A DNA stretch of 64,000 bases from a virus: the IMG/VR virus record IMGVR_UViG_3300013372_003978, positions 23,688 through 87,687 of that record; one strand, 5' to 3'. A program made the translations under genes and the position numbers. Positions 28,514-39,662 of the stretch are shown here, in pieces (position 1 is the stretch's first letter; each line of letters begins with the position of its first letter). The notes under the pieces are model-generated. The model did no database searches, was not told the origin of the DNA, and saw nothing but the letters and a program-made list of their open reading frames with translations.

Positions 28514-29724
28514 TGGAGATAAAGCAAATCACTGAAATTAATAAAACAGATATCTCAAAACTATTTGAAAAAGATTCTAATGGTCGAGAAATTAACATTT
28601 ATGAATTAAGGGATTCAATGGTTACTGGTGAATCCTTATATTATCCAAATACGTTATTATATAATGGGTCTTTATATAACCCAATAAACGAAACAACTAT
28701 GTCATTAAAAAATGTTGAGGTTGATGATAATTTTAATTTTACATTAAAAAAACCAATTAAAACCGAAGAAAAGTCGGTTTTTTTCTTTATATATAATATG
28801 GATAATTATTTTCATTTTGTTTATGATTCGTTGCCATATTTAATAACCTTTAACAAAATAAAAGAAACTAACCCAGAAACTAAGTTACTAATGAATTACC
28901 CTGCTGGCAAAAATCGATTCTATAAATTTGTTTTAGAATTTTTAGATATATTGGGTATTAGAGAAGATGATATCATTATTGCTGATGAAAATACAAATTA
29001 TAAGAAGGTTTATATTTCAACATCTTACACACATGATTTTGATTCAAATTTACCACCTAGAAATGAAATATATGATTTTTACCAAGAAATAATTGATAAA
29101 GTAAAAATAGATGATACTGATTTACCTAAAAAGATTTACATTTCTAGAAGAAGTTGGTTACATGGTGATATGAGCAATATTGGTACTAACTATACTACTA
29201 GACGTAAATTAGTTAATGAAGATGAATTAGTTAAATTTTTGATGAGCAAAGGATACCAAGAAATTTTTACCGAAACCTTTACAACTGAACAAAAAATAGC
29301 TATATTTAAAAATGCTGAAAGTGTGGTTGGTGCTATTGGTGGTGGAATTTGTAATGTTTTGTTTTCTAAACCAGAATGTAAATTAACTGCATTAATTTCA
29401 CCATATTTTTTAGATGTTAATGAACGTTTTAAATATTCATTAAACAAAGTTAATTTAACGTTATTTGACGATGTTAAAAACACTGAAACTACGGTATTTA
29501 AAAAATATATGAGAGTTAAATGTAATGATATTATTGGGGAAATAATAGACATACAAAATGATGACATAACAATAACTTACAGTGATGTTAAATTAGCTGG
29601 TTGGAATAGTGAAAATGAATATAAAACAATAACGAAAAAAACTTATGAGTGTGTTAGATTAGATGAAGGGTTAAATTCATCGTGGAAAATAAACTTAGAT
29701 AAACTTAAAGAATTTTATGATTAA
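28513..29724 (+). CDS. GT61 (DUF563) family glycosyltransferase
   Basis: NYFHFVYDSLP, KIYISRR, RKLVNEDEL, IFKNAESVVGAIGGGICNVLF. Confidence 0.8.
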   Translation: MEIKQITEINKTDISKLFEKDSNGREINIYELRDSMVTGESLYYPNTLLYNGSLYNPINETTMSLKNVEVDDNFNFTLKKPIKTEEKSVFFFIYNMDNYFHFVYDSLPYLITFNKIKETNPETKLLMNYPAGKNRFYKFVLEFLDILGIREDDIIIADENTNYKKVYISTSYTHDFDSNLPPRNEIYDFYQEIIDKVKIDDTDLPKKIYISRRSWLHGDMSNIGTNYTTRRKLVNEDELVKFLMSKGYQEIFTETFTTEQKIAIFKNAESVVGAIGGGICNVLFSKPECKLTALISPYFLDVNERFKYSLNKVNLTLFDDVKNTETTVFKKYMRVKCNDIIGEIIDIQNDDITITYSDVKLAGWNSENEYKTITKKTYECVRLDEGLNSSWKINLDKLKEFYD

Positions 29725-30523
29725 TTATGTTGTTTATGGAAATACAGATTATTTGGATGTTTTAGAAATTCAAACTGATTACATATATGGTCGTGGTAAT
29801 ATTACATTATTTTTAAATAATAATGATTTAGAAATACAAAACCTAACATCAAAATATGATAGGATAATATATTACAATAATGATGATACATACGCTAAAA
29901 GATTATTATCCTGTATTCAACAAATAAAAGATGATTATTTTTTATTTTTACACGATATTGATGTTTTATTAAATGTTGATGATAAAATGATTAATAAATT
30001 TTATGATTTTTTAAGGGTTAATAATTTTGATAGAATTGATTTAAAACATTCTGATAATAAAATATCAAACCTAATTATTGAATATAATCCAGATAATAAA
30101 CCTAGTGAATGGGAACCTAAATTATCTGAAGAATTAACAGATGGCCTTTATCTAATAAAACAAGATAATCCAAATGATTACATTTATAATGTTAACCCAT
30201 CAATATGGAAAAAAGATTCATTTATTAAATTGCTAAGTAATTTTACACATAAAAATTATAGAACAATAGAAGAAATGGATGTGCAATTATTTTCAAAACA
30301 ATTTAAGGTTTTTAAATTAACTGCTAATACTAAAAAATTATGTGGATATTTTAATTGTGTTGACGGATTTCAATTTTTACATATTAGTCACAGTGGTAAA
30401 TTATTACCATTGAATAAAAATTTTGTGACAACATATGGTCAATCATACGTAGATATAAGTGATGAATACATTAAAATAGTAGATAAATACAACCTAACGA
30501 AATCAAATAAGTGGATAATATAA
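29717..30523 (+). CDS. Putative glycosyltransferase (paralog of 31441-32253)
   Basis: FLHDIDVL and YIYNVNPSIWK. Confidence 0.55.
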   Translation: MINYVVYGNTDYLDVLEIQTDYIYGRGNITLFLNNNDLEIQNLTSKYDRIIYYNNDDTYAKRLLSCIQQIKDDYFLFLHDIDVLLNVDDKMINKFYDFLRVNNFDRIDLKHSDNKISNLIIEYNPDNKPSEWEPKLSEELTDGLYLIKQDNPNDYIYNVNPSIWKKDSFIKLLSNFTHKNYRTIEEMDVQLFSKQFKVFKLTANTKKLCGYFNCVDGFQFLHISHSGKLLPLNKNFVTTYGQSYVDISDEYIKIVDKYNLTKSNKWII

Positions 30524-30524
30524 A

Positions 30525-31439
30525 ATGAGCTTAGAACAAATAAAAGAATGTAAATATATCTCTAGTGTGGGGTTATTAAAAACAATAGACGAATTAAATC
30601 TGATTACTTATGATAAAACACCATCAAATATTGTGCACGATTATTCAAAACTACAAAATGGTTATGATGGTGTTTGCATTTATATAAAATTTTCTAACGT
30701 AAGAGAATTTATGTATCATGTATTACCAAGAATAAATTATAAATTTATATTAGTAACTGGTGATGGTGATGAAACTATGCCAAATGATATGTTTGATATG
30801 ATAACATTTAATAATATAATAAATAATGAAAATATATTACATTGGTATTCGGTTAATTGTATTGAAACCATTCACCCTAAATTTTCTTTAATACCTATTG
30901 GTGTTAATTTTCATTCATTAACTTATGGTGAATTTTGTGGTTGGCATAATACATCTCAAACACCATTGGAACAAGAAAATATAATAGAAGAAATTAGAAA
31001 TAATAATTTACCATTTCATTTAAGAATTCCTAAATGTTATTCTAATTTTCATTTTGTAACTTATCAAGAATTTGGAAATCCTAGAAAAGAAGCTATGGAA
31101 AAAATACCACAAGATTTGGTATTTTATGAACCTACTTTAATACCTAGATTCAATACATGGGATAATCAAGCCAAATATGCCTTTGTATTATCACCAATGG
31201 GTCATGGAATGGATTGTCATAGAACATGGGAAGCGTTAATGTTGGGTTGTATTGTTATTGTTAAAAAATCAATAATTGATAGTTTATATGAAGAGTTACC
31301 TGTTTTGATTGTTGATGAATGGGAAGATATTACACAAGAACTTTTAAATGAAACCATGGAAAAATTTAAAGATATGGAGTTTGATTATGACAGAATAACA
31401 TTAAAATATTGGGTAAATAAAATTAAATCTTTAAAATAA
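30525..31439 (+). CDS. Exostosin-like (GT47-related) glycosyltransferase
   Basis: FVLSPMGHGMDCHRTWEALMLGCIVIV. Confidence 0.75.
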   Translation: MSLEQIKECKYISSVGLLKTIDELNLITYDKTPSNIVHDYSKLQNGYDGVCIYIKFSNVREFMYHVLPRINYKFILVTGDGDETMPNDMFDMITFNNIINNENILHWYSVNCIETIHPKFSLIPIGVNFHSLTYGEFCGWHNTSQTPLEQENIIEEIRNNNLPFHLRIPKCYSNFHFVTYQEFGNPRKEAMEKIPQDLVFYEPTLIPRFNTWDNQAKYAFVLSPMGHGMDCHRTWEALMLGCIVIVKKSIIDSLYEELPVLIVDEWEDITQELLNETMEKFKDMEFDYDRITLKYWVNKIKSLK

Positions 31440-31440
31440 T

Positions 31441-32253
31441 ATGATACAATACGAAGTTCACAAACATGTTAACCATGATACTTTAAGTGATGGTCTTGTA
31501 AATTATGTAATTTATAGTCATTCTAGTTTTTTGGATGTGTTAAATATTCAACTAGATTATATAATTGGTAAGGGTCATTTAACATTGTTTATAGATGAAA
31601 ATAACCATGACTTAACTCATATTTATAAAAAATTTGATAGGGTTGTTTTTTATAATGGTAATCTTACTTATGGTAATAAACTTTTAAGTTGTTTAAATCA
31701 AATTGATTATGATTATTTTGTTTTCATACACGATAATGATATTCTTTACAATGTAGATAATCAAAAAATGTTAGAGTTTATAGATTTTTTAAGAGTTAAT
31801 GACTACGATAGAGTTGATTTCCAATTAGCTTATGATTTTAATAGAGAACTTAGCCATACAATTGAAGATGATGGCTTATATCTAATTAAATCATCTAATA
31901 TAGACACAACAGCAAACGGATACATCTACAACGTTAACCCATCAATTTGGAAATTAGAAACATTAAAAAAAATAATGCAAACATATAGTCATAGAGATTA
32001 TAGAACAATAGAACATCCAGAAGTACAAGAATTTTGTTTACAATTTAATATTTTTAAACTGTATTCTAAAAAACAATACAATTGTGGATATTTCATTTGT
32101 TTGGAACCTTTTAAATATCTACACATAACACATAGCCAACATTATCTTAATCTAGCTAGTTTATCAAAAGAATCGTATAAAGATATTGAAGAAGTGTACG
32201 AAATAATAATCAACAAATATAAGTTAAGAAATTCTAACAAATGGATAAATTAA
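31441..32253 (+). CDS. Putative glycosyltransferase (paralog of 29717-30523)
   Basis: FIHDNDIL and YIYNVNPSIWK. Confidence 0.55.
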   Translation: MIQYEVHKHVNHDTLSDGLVNYVIYSHSSFLDVLNIQLDYIIGKGHLTLFIDENNHDLTHIYKKFDRVVFYNGNLTYGNKLLSCLNQIDYDYFVFIHDNDILYNVDNQKMLEFIDFLRVNDYDRVDFQLAYDFNRELSHTIEDDGLYLIKSSNIDTTANGYIYNVNPSIWKLETLKKIMQTYSHRDYRTIEHPEVQEFCLQFNIFKLYSKKQYNCGYFICLEPFKYLHITHSQHYLNLASLSKESYKDIEEVYEIIINKYKLRNSNKWIN

Positions 32254-33032
32254 AAGATAAAAATAAACCAATTTTTATAATAGCCCATAAATTTTATAGA
32301 GGTTATGAATCTTACATCGAATACTATATAAGTAATATAAATAAATATTATGAAGATGCTTTAATAATTGTTGTGGATAATAATTCAACATATGTTGAAG
32401 ATATTTTTAGCACTTTGAGAAAATTTAATAACGTTATTTTATTAAAGAATGATATCGATTGTAAATTTGAAATTGGTGCTTATAAACTTGGTTTAAAATT
32501 TATTATTGATAATGATTTTATAAGTGATTATAGTTATGTTGTTTTAACTCAAGATACATTTATACTTAAAAATAAACTAGATTTTAACTTATTAAATGAA
32601 CAAAATATAACAGCAGCCCCAATTAATTCATTCACAATGGATGATATATTCAAAGATATTAGAGATGAAATTTTAATTAAACTGGGATTGTTTAATAATT
32701 TAGATAAAATTACATTTTGTTGGTGTAATAGTTTTATTATAGCTACTAATAAGGCTCAACAACTATTTAATTATTTTAAAGACATTATAATTACCACAAG
32801 AGATGAAAGTGGTGCCTCTGAAAGGTATTTAGCTAGAATTTTATGGGAATTAAATGATTATAAAAATAACGACATTGATGGTGATATGACAGCTTTAAAA
32901 TATAGTTGGAATGGAAAAATTAACCCTTCACCAAAATATGATTGTCATAATGTAAATGTTTATGATGAAAATATAACAACATATTTTGTAAAAAAAACAC
33001 AACAAAAAACTGAAAAAACTTGTGATAGATGA
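32241..33032 (+). CDS. Putative GT-A glycosyltransferase
   Basis: IVVDNNS, FEIGAY, LTQDTF, ERYL. Confidence 0.55.
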   Translation: MDKLKDKNKPIFIIAHKFYRGYESYIEYYISNINKYYEDALIIVVDNNSTYVEDIFSTLRKFNNVILLKNDIDCKFEIGAYKLGLKFIIDNDFISDYSYVVLTQDTFILKNKLDFNLLNEQNITAAPINSFTMDDIFKDIRDEILIKLGLFNNLDKITFCWCNSFIIATNKAQQLFNYFKDIIITTRDESGASERYLARILWELNDYKNNDIDGDMTALKYSWNGKINPSPKYDCHNVNVYDENITTYFVKKTQQKTEKTCDR

Positions 33033-33913
33033 TAATAGATAAAATTAAAAATAGTTATATAATCTACACGAATAATCAAGTAGTACATACCAGAGAATAT
33101 TATAATTATTGTGTTTCTTTATTAAAAAAATGGTTAAATGACATAGATGATGATTTAAACATTATTTTTGGTGATTATAATTTTGATTTTGATAATCCTA
33201 ACAAAATAATTAAGGTAGATATTCAATGTGAACATACATTGGTTAAAAATGGTGGTCGTTCAGTTACTAATAAAATATATGGTAACGTTAAAAGTGATGA
33301 TGGTTATTATCTGGTTAGAATTGATAAATTTAATTATCTTAATTCTTTAGATATGGTAATAGAATATAGCTTACCAAATATTGAAAATATTAAAACTAGT
33401 GGTAAATTTAACGATTATTTAAATAAAGTTTTTTATGTTGCCCCTATGTTATATAAATCAAAATTTGATGGTGTTAAAACTGATATAATCACCTTATTTG
33501 ACCATAATAATAATCATAGAAGGTCTAACATATTAAATAAGTTAAAAGAATATGGGGTAAATAATAAAATAGTGACTAATTGTTTTTCACATGAATGTTT
33601 ATTAAATACTTACGATAAAACTAAAATAATGGTTAATGTTCACCAAACTGACCATCACCACACTTTTGAAGAATTAAGAGTTTTACCTGCACTATTAAAT
33701 GGTGTTATTATTATAAGTGAAGATGTTCCACTTAAAGAAGCAATACCATATAACGAATATATCATATGGTGTAACTATGAAGACATTCCTAGTAAAACCT
33801 TAGAAGTTATGAATAATTATACTTATTATTTTGATAAATTATTTACTAATGGTAATATTGATGTTATCTTAGATAAAATTAATATTAATAATTTAGAAGC
33901 GTTTAAAAGATAA
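33029..33913 (+). CDS. Putative GT-B glycosyltransferase
   Basis: KIMVNVH...FEELRVLPALLNGVIIISE, C-terminal GT-B signature. Confidence 0.6.
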   Translation: MIIDKIKNSYIIYTNNQVVHTREYYNYCVSLLKKWLNDIDDDLNIIFGDYNFDFDNPNKIIKVDIQCEHTLVKNGGRSVTNKIYGNVKSDDGYYLVRIDKFNYLNSLDMVIEYSLPNIENIKTSGKFNDYLNKVFYVAPMLYKSKFDGVKTDIITLFDHNNNHRRSNILNKLKEYGVNNKIVTNCFSHECLLNTYDKTKIMVNVHQTDHHHTFEELRVLPALLNGVIIISEDVPLKEAIPYNEYIIWCNYEDIPSKTLEVMNNYTYYFDKLFTNGNIDVILDKININNLEAFKR

Positions 33914-33916
33914 AAT

Positions 33917-35371
33917 ATGAGGGTTGCATTACTAATAGCTGGATATTTAAGAAGTTATGAAACAAATATTAAATACATTCATGATGAAATCATTAATAAA
34001 TTTAATGATGTTGATATATATTTGCACATAACTAAAGATGAAAATACTGAAGATAAATACTTTAATCAAATTCAAGAAACAGATATTAAAAAAATAATCG
34101 ACACATTAAATCCAACAACAACAATAATAGAAAACAATATTGTTTATAACCCTGATAAAAGAATTAATAATGTTATGAATCATTGGGGTAAATTATATAA
34201 ATTAAACCAACTTAAATCAATTAAAGAAAATGAAACATCTAATTATGATTTGGTTATTAGATATCGATTAGATTTAAATATACTTTCTAAAAACGTTTTT
34301 AATTTTGATTTAGAAAAGGGTGTTATTTATCTACCTAAAGATGCTAAGATTGATAAAGTTAAATTAACTAACCCAAACGATAAATATTTATGTGATGCGT
34401 TTGCTTTTGGTGATTCTGAATCAATGGATAAGTATTTTAATATCTATAGTTATTATGGTAATCATATGTTACCAGTTTCAGAAACTGCTTTATATGATTA
34501 CTTAACAAAAAACAAAATAAACCATAAATTAATTAATATAAATTATAATTTTGTTTTATCTAAATGCAATGTTTTTGCTATCTGTGGTGATTCTGGTTCT
34601 GGAAAATCCACACTAAGTAATTTATTGAAAAATGGTTATAGTGATTCATTTATGTTAGAATGTGATAGATACCATAAATGGGAAAGACATAATGAAAATT
34701 GGGATGGAATGACTCATTTAAATCCAGAAGCTAACTACATAACAAAAATGGAAGAAGATATCTTCAATTTAAAACTTGGAAATGATATTTATCAGGTTGA
34801 TTATGACCATCATAGCGGTAAATTTACTGAAAAACAATTAATCAATCCATCAGATAATTTAATTGTTTGTGGTTTACATAGTTTATATGGTGATAATAAC
34901 TTATATGATGTTAAAATATTTATGGATACTGATGATTCTCTTAAGAAAAAATGGAAAATTAAACGTGATGTAATTGAACGTGGTTATACTGTAGATAAAG
35001 TATTAAATAGTATAGAAAAAAGACAAAACGATTTTCAAGAATATATCACACCACAAAAAGATAATGCTGATTTAATAATTAAATTTTTTACTAGAGATAT
35101 TATTGATTTTAATGATTTTGAAAGAGAAGAAAAATTAAGTTTGGAGGTTTCAATTAACAATAAATGTAAAAATCTGAACTATATTTTAAGAACTTTTAAC
35201 GATTTAAATATTGATTATACTATTATCAATGATGATAAATTTACCAAAATAATCTTTGATGAATATGTTGAATTAAACGTGGTAGATAGAAAAATTTTTA
35301 ACAACAGTAAAACGAACACATTTTACGATTATATTTTATATTTTATTTTTTCCCTTAACTTTACTAATTAA
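33917..35371 (+). CDS. Fusion: glycan-locus transferase-like N-domain + phosphoribulokinase/uridine kinase family C-domain
   Basis: N-domain: RVALLIAGYLRS, YDLVIRYRLDL, DAFAFG. C-domain: P-loop GDSGSGKST, DRYH, NPEAN, YDHHSG, GLH, RDVIERG. Confidence 0.75.
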   Translation: MRVALLIAGYLRSYETNIKYIHDEIINKFNDVDIYLHITKDENTEDKYFNQIQETDIKKIIDTLNPTTTIIENNIVYNPDKRINNVMNHWGKLYKLNQLKSIKENETSNYDLVIRYRLDLNILSKNVFNFDLEKGVIYLPKDAKIDKVKLTNPNDKYLCDAFAFGDSESMDKYFNIYSYYGNHMLPVSETALYDYLTKNKINHKLININYNFVLSKCNVFAICGDSGSGKSTLSNLLKNGYSDSFMLECDRYHKWERHNENWDGMTHLNPEANYITKMEEDIFNLKLGNDIYQVDYDHHSGKFTEKQLINPSDNLIVCGLHSLYGDNNLYDVKIFMDTDDSLKKKWKIKRDVIERGYTVDKVLNSIEKRQNDFQEYITPQKDNADLIIKFFTRDIIDFNDFEREEKLSLEVSINNKCKNLNYILRTFNDLNIDYTIINDDKFTKIIFDEYVELNVVDRKIFNNSKTNTFYDYILYFIFSLNFTN

Positions 35372-35390
35372 TTTTATTTTCGTATATTTG
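35360..35390 (+). promoter_or_regulatory. Bacteroidota-type promoter, probably leaderless transcript
   Basis: TTTA-N19-TATATTTG (35383-35390); the ATG follows after 3 nt. Confidence 0.55.
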
Positions 35391-35393
35391 CAT

Positions 35394-36521
35394 ATGGAAA
35401 ATAAAATTAGAAAAAATTGTATCTTTTGTGAAAATGAACTAAGAAAAGATTTTTTTAGTAATGATTTAAACAACTATGTTGCTCACTACTCAGTAAATCA
35501 AGACGCTAATAATGATGATATGCAAAACATACCTTTTAATGTTTGTGTATGTGATTATTGTAAAACTCCACAATTAAAATATTTAGGCGATTTAAATGAA
35601 ATTTATAAACTTAACCATGCTGATAGTACTGGTAAGATTATGAATAGTTTACACCGTGAAAACTTATCATTAATTTTAAAATATAAAGATTCAATAACTA
35701 ACATTATTGAAATAGGAAGTTCTAAAGGTATCTTAGCTGACGAAGTAATTAAAAACATTGATTTAACTTATTATATAATAGAACCTAGTTATTTTGGTGA
35801 CATTAATGATAAGAAAATTATAATCCCAGACTTTTATGAAAATGTGGATGATTCAGTAATAAATGCTAATACTATGGTTATATCACATGTGTTTGAACAT
35901 TTTTACCAACCAATGGAGATTCTAAATAAAATAAGTAATAATAAAAAGATTGAAAATTTCTTTTTAGTTTTTCCTGATTTAGAATACTACATAAATAATG
36001 ATGTTTTACATGTCTTAAATACCGAACATACATTTTATGTCGATAATCAATTTTTAATTAATTTATTAAAACATGTTGGTTTTGATTTGATAGAGCAAAG
36101 AAACCATGAAAACCATTCAGTATTGTTCTATTTTAAAAGAAATGACTCTGAAATTAATAACAATAAAATCGATTTTAAAAATACCAATTATGATTTGGAT
36201 ATATACTATTCAAAAATAAAAAATACTGTTGATAAATTCAACACTGTTATGTACAAAAATAAAGATAAAGAAATCTATCTTTGGCCAGCATCTATCCATT
36301 CATTATATTTATTAAATTTTGGTCTAAAAATAGAAGGTGTGACTGGATTTTTAGATAATAGTAAACTTAAAATTGGTAAGAAAATGTATGGAACCAATTT
36401 AACTGTTTTTGATTTTAAAGATAAAGTTACTGAAAAAGATGACAATGTTATTATCCTAGTAAGTGGTGGGGTGTTCAATCGTGAAGTTCAACATCAATTA
36501 ACAATAAATAAAAGTATTTAA
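35394..36521 (+). CDS. SAM-dependent NDP-sugar C-methyltransferase-like protein
   Basis: N-terminal Zn motifs CIFC/CDYC, IIEIGSSKG, SHVFEH, EHTFY, DNSKLKIGK; ATG at 35394. Confidence 0.75.
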   Translation: MENKIRKNCIFCENELRKDFFSNDLNNYVAHYSVNQDANNDDMQNIPFNVCVCDYCKTPQLKYLGDLNEIYKLNHADSTGKIMNSLHRENLSLILKYKDSITNIIEIGSSKGILADEVIKNIDLTYYIIEPSYFGDINDKKIIIPDFYENVDDSVINANTMVISHVFEHFYQPMEILNKISNNKKIENFFLVFPDLEYYINNDVLHVLNTEHTFYVDNQFLINLLKHVGFDLIEQRNHENHSVLFYFKRNDSEINNNKIDFKNTNYDLDIYYSKIKNTVDKFNTVMYKNKDKEIYLWPASIHSLYLLNFGLKIEGVTGFLDNSKLKIGKKMYGTNLTVFDFKDKVTEKDDNVIILVSGGVFNREVQHQLTINKSI

Positions 36522-36522
36522 T

Positions 36523-37200
36523 ATGAATATGGTTAAAATAACTAATAATTTAATATCCCTATCTAAAGCCATATCAAAGTACTGTGTTGGTATGGAAGGT
36601 AATATATCTGGCAAAATAGATGGAAATTCTTTTTTAATAAAAGCCAGTGGTCAAAATTTATCAAATTTAAAAGAGGATGGTCTAGTAGAATTCTCAATGG
36701 ATGGTATTCAATTAAATAACCCAGATAAAAAAGGTAGCATGGAATTAACTTTCCATACTTTTTTATTAGGGTTTGAAGATATTAATTACATATCACATAC
36801 ACACCCAACAAACACTTTAAAAATTTTATGTACCAATTACGCAAATGATTTTGCTAATAAGCGATTATTTCCAGACCAAGTAGTTTTTAATGGTGTTAAA
36901 GCATGTTTAGTTCCTTATGCTAAACCTGGTGAAAAATTAACTGAATTAATTAAACAACACATTAATTGGTTCATTGAAGAAGAAAAATATTTTCCAAAAT
37001 TAATTTTATTAAAAAACCATGGTATTATTGCGTGTGGTAATTCTATTAATGAATGTATCATTGCTACTGATATTTGTGAAAAAGCTGCAAAAATTTTTAT
37101 TGGGGGTATTGGATTAGGTGATATACATTTTTTAAGTGATAAAGAAATAAATGATTTAATTATTGATGATAATGAAAAATATAGAAAAAATTTATTATGA
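36523..37200 (+). CDS. Class II aldolase/adducin family (FucA/AraD-like)
   Basis: EGNIS, IKASG, SMELTFH, HTHP, LKNHG. Confidence 0.85.
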   Translation: MNMVKITNNLISLSKAISKYCVGMEGNISGKIDGNSFLIKASGQNLSNLKEDGLVEFSMDGIQLNNPDKKGSMELTFHTFLLGFEDINYISHTHPTNTLKILCTNYANDFANKRLFPDQVVFNGVKACLVPYAKPGEKLTELIKQHINWFIEEEKYFPKLILLKNHGIIACGNSINECIIATDICEKAAKIFIGGIGLGDIHFLSDKEINDLIIDDNEKYRKNLL

Positions 37201-37943
37201 AAACAGAAGGAATAAGTTTAGGGTGGAATTGTTCTGCCGCTCAGGATGGTCTTAAATTAGGTTTAAGGAATACAAAAAGTAATGGGTATAAAACATGTCC
37301 GTTTGATATGATGATAACCAATTATGTGGGTATGTGTAAATGTATTGAAGATGATTTTAAATACTTTTGCGACCCAAATTATTTAGAACTAAGAAAAGCC
37401 CCTAAAATGTCTCCACATATCCCAAATCAAAAAGATGATGAAATGTGGGTTTTTAATTCTTATTATAATTTTTATTTTAATCATGAATCACCATATCATG
37501 GTAATCTTTATTTAAATGAGCAATGGAGTGGACCAAACCATTTTGTCAATAACAATTTTGAAAAATTCGTTGAAAGGTATGAAAGACGAATTAATAATTT
37601 TAGGGGGTATATGACTGGTTTAGAACTAGTTAATTTTATCGTATGGCGTTATAACGCAATACCTTATGAATTAGTGGATATTATTAAAGAAAAATACCCT
37701 AATTTAAATTTTAAAGTTAATACTATTATAGATTTTGGTAGACATACTGTTGATTGTTTAATAACTAACACACCAGAAGCTTCAAAAGAATATGAAATGG
37801 ATTATCTTAGATATATGAACATAACTGAAAATGAATACCCAGAAGAATTTTCCAGGTATAGAAATGAATTAATAACTAAGGATATTAAAAATGATGAACA
37901 TATCATTTTAATTTATCCAACTAAAATCTCTAGTTTAAACTAA
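37197..37943 (+). CDS. DUF1796-like (putative papain-like) protein
   Basis: ISLGWNC...PFD...FNHE...ERYERRINNF. Confidence 0.55.
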   Translation: MKTEGISLGWNCSAAQDGLKLGLRNTKSNGYKTCPFDMMITNYVGMCKCIEDDFKYFCDPNYLELRKAPKMSPHIPNQKDDEMWVFNSYYNFYFNHESPYHGNLYLNEQWSGPNHFVNNNFEKFVERYERRINNFRGYMTGLELVNFIVWRYNAIPYELVDIIKEKYPNLNFKVNTIIDFGRHTVDCLITNTPEASKEYEMDYLRYMNITENEYPEEFSRYRNELITKDIKNDEHIILIYPTKISSLN

Positions 37944-38242
37944 TGAAAACAAGAATAATTTACGTAGACATTGATGAAACTATTTGTGAAACACCAGAAC
38001 CTAGAAACTATTTTAATGCTGAACCGATAAAAGAAAATATCGCTAAAATTAATGAGTTGTATGATGAAGGTAACACAATAGTTTATTGGACTGCTCGTGG
38101 TAGTAGAACACAAATTAATTGGTATGATTTAACTAAACAACAATTGATTGAATGGGGTGCGAAACACCATGAATTAAATGTAAGTAAACCATACTATGAT
38201 TTGTTTATTGATGACAAAACACTTAGAATTGAAGAAATATGA
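37943..38242 (+). CDS. Small HAD phosphatase (BcbF/EcbF capsule-biosynthesis type)
   Basis: VDIDETIC, WTARG, KP..DLFIDDK; 99 aa, capless. Confidence 0.75.
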   Translation: MKTRIIYVDIDETICETPEPRNYFNAEPIKENIAKINELYDEGNTIVYWTARGSRTQINWYDLTKQQLIEWGAKHHELNVSKPYYDLFIDDKTLRIEEI

Positions 38243-39162
38243 AAAATAAAAAAATAATACTTATCCCACCAAATTTAGCATATGGTGATTGCTTATCCGT
38301 TATAGGATTAGTTTATTATTTGCTAGAATATTATGAATCAGTTTATTTTTATTTGGGTGAAACTGATACTTTATTAAATTATTATTCTGATTATTTTTCT
38401 AATGACCCATTATATAATCAAAGGATTTTTATTGTTGTAAAACCAGAAATTTTAATTAATAATGGTGAATATGGTGAATATCATATATGTAATACTTTAA
38501 CTGGTGATTGGTTATCGGCAAAAACTAATTATGCTGAACTTCCAAATATCAATAAAGAGTTTTACTTCAATGATTTAAATCCAATTTATAATAAATTAAA
38601 AATTCCTAACGAACATTTATGTTTACCTAATAAACATTTACCTTCTTTAGAGTTGGAAATTAATCATTTATTTTATTATGAATTGATTGGTTTAAACAAT
38701 AACGTTAGAATGGATTACTTCAATTATGAAAGAAATTTACAAAAAGAACGGATGTTTAAAAATCAAATACTTGCAAATTATGGTTTAGAACCTAATAGCA
38801 AATATAATATAATAAACGACCCTACAGGACAATTTAATGAAATCATACCTTACATTAAAAATGGGTTTAAAACAATTAACATTAACTTTTTAGCACCTAG
38901 TATTGGTAATTTATTAACTTTGTTGGAAGAAGCTGAAAGCATACATTTTATTGAAGGATGTAACGTTAACTTTTTTTATCATTGTCAATATAAGAATATT
39001 TTTAAATATGATAAAAAAATATATTTTCATACTTGGGTTCGCAATAGACATTGGTTATATCCAAATATGAATTTAGATTACGCATGGAAAATGATGGATA
39101 CACCAAAATTACTAAATTGGGAATTTATCTTTGATAAAAATGAAACACAAAATATAATTTAA
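38239..39162 (+). CDS. Hypothetical protein, possibly glycosyltransferase
   Basis: N-terminal LAYGDCLS motif; lies within the glycan locus. Confidence 0.45.
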   Translation: MKNKKIILIPPNLAYGDCLSVIGLVYYLLEYYESVYFYLGETDTLLNYYSDYFSNDPLYNQRIFIVVKPEILINNGEYGEYHICNTLTGDWLSAKTNYAELPNINKEFYFNDLNPIYNKLKIPNEHLCLPNKHLPSLELEINHLFYYELIGLNNNVRMDYFNYERNLQKERMFKNQILANYGLEPNSKYNIINDPTGQFNEIIPYIKNGFKTININFLAPSIGNLLTLLEEAESIHFIEGCNVNFFYHCQYKNIFKYDKKIYFHTWVRNRHWLYPNMNLDYAWKMMDTPKLLNWEFIFDKNETQNII

Positions 39163-39165
39163 AAT

Positions 39166-39657
39166 ATGAAATTAATATCCCATAGAGGAAATATAATCGG
39201 ACCAAATTTAAAAAGAGAAAACTCACCATCATATATTGACACTGCAATATGTGCTGGTTATGATGTTGAAGTGGATATAAATTTTACAAATGGTAAATTT
39301 TATCTAGGTCATGATACACCTGATTATGAAATAACTGAAATTTGGATGACTAAAAGAAAATATAACATATGGTTTCACTGTAAAAATTTAGAAGCTGCAT
39401 CAGAGCTTATCAAATTACAAAAAAAATATGATATAGAGTTTAAGTTTTTTTGTCATTCATCTGATTCTTTTATTTTAACTAGTAATGATTATATTTGGGT
39501 TCATGATTTATCCTTAGATTTAAATAACAAATGTATTATTCCATTATTAAGTGATACTGATGTTTTAAAATATAACGGTAAATTAGTTTATGGTGTGTGT
39601 ACTGATTATATTAGTTTAGCAGCATTTAATTTAAAACAAAAAGGATTATACAAATAA
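39166..39657 (+). CDS. Glycerophosphodiester phosphodiesterase-like protein (short)
   Basis: ISHRGN, EN, DVEVD, LGHD, HCKN, GVCTD. Confidence 0.75.
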   Translation: MKLISHRGNIIGPNLKRENSPSYIDTAICAGYDVEVDINFTNGKFYLGHDTPDYEITEIWMTKRKYNIWFHCKNLEAASELIKLQKKYDIEFKFFCHSSDSFILTSNDYIWVHDLSLDLNNKCIIPLLSDTDVLKYNGKLVYGVCTDYISLAAFNLKQKGLYK

Positions 39658-39662
39658 AAAAA

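Noticed and set aside
33917-35371. Phosphoribulokinase as a Calvin-cycle auxiliary gene implying a cyanobacterial host
   Set aside because: It is fused to a glycan-locus domain, no photosynthesis genes are present, and the promoters are Bacteroidota-type.
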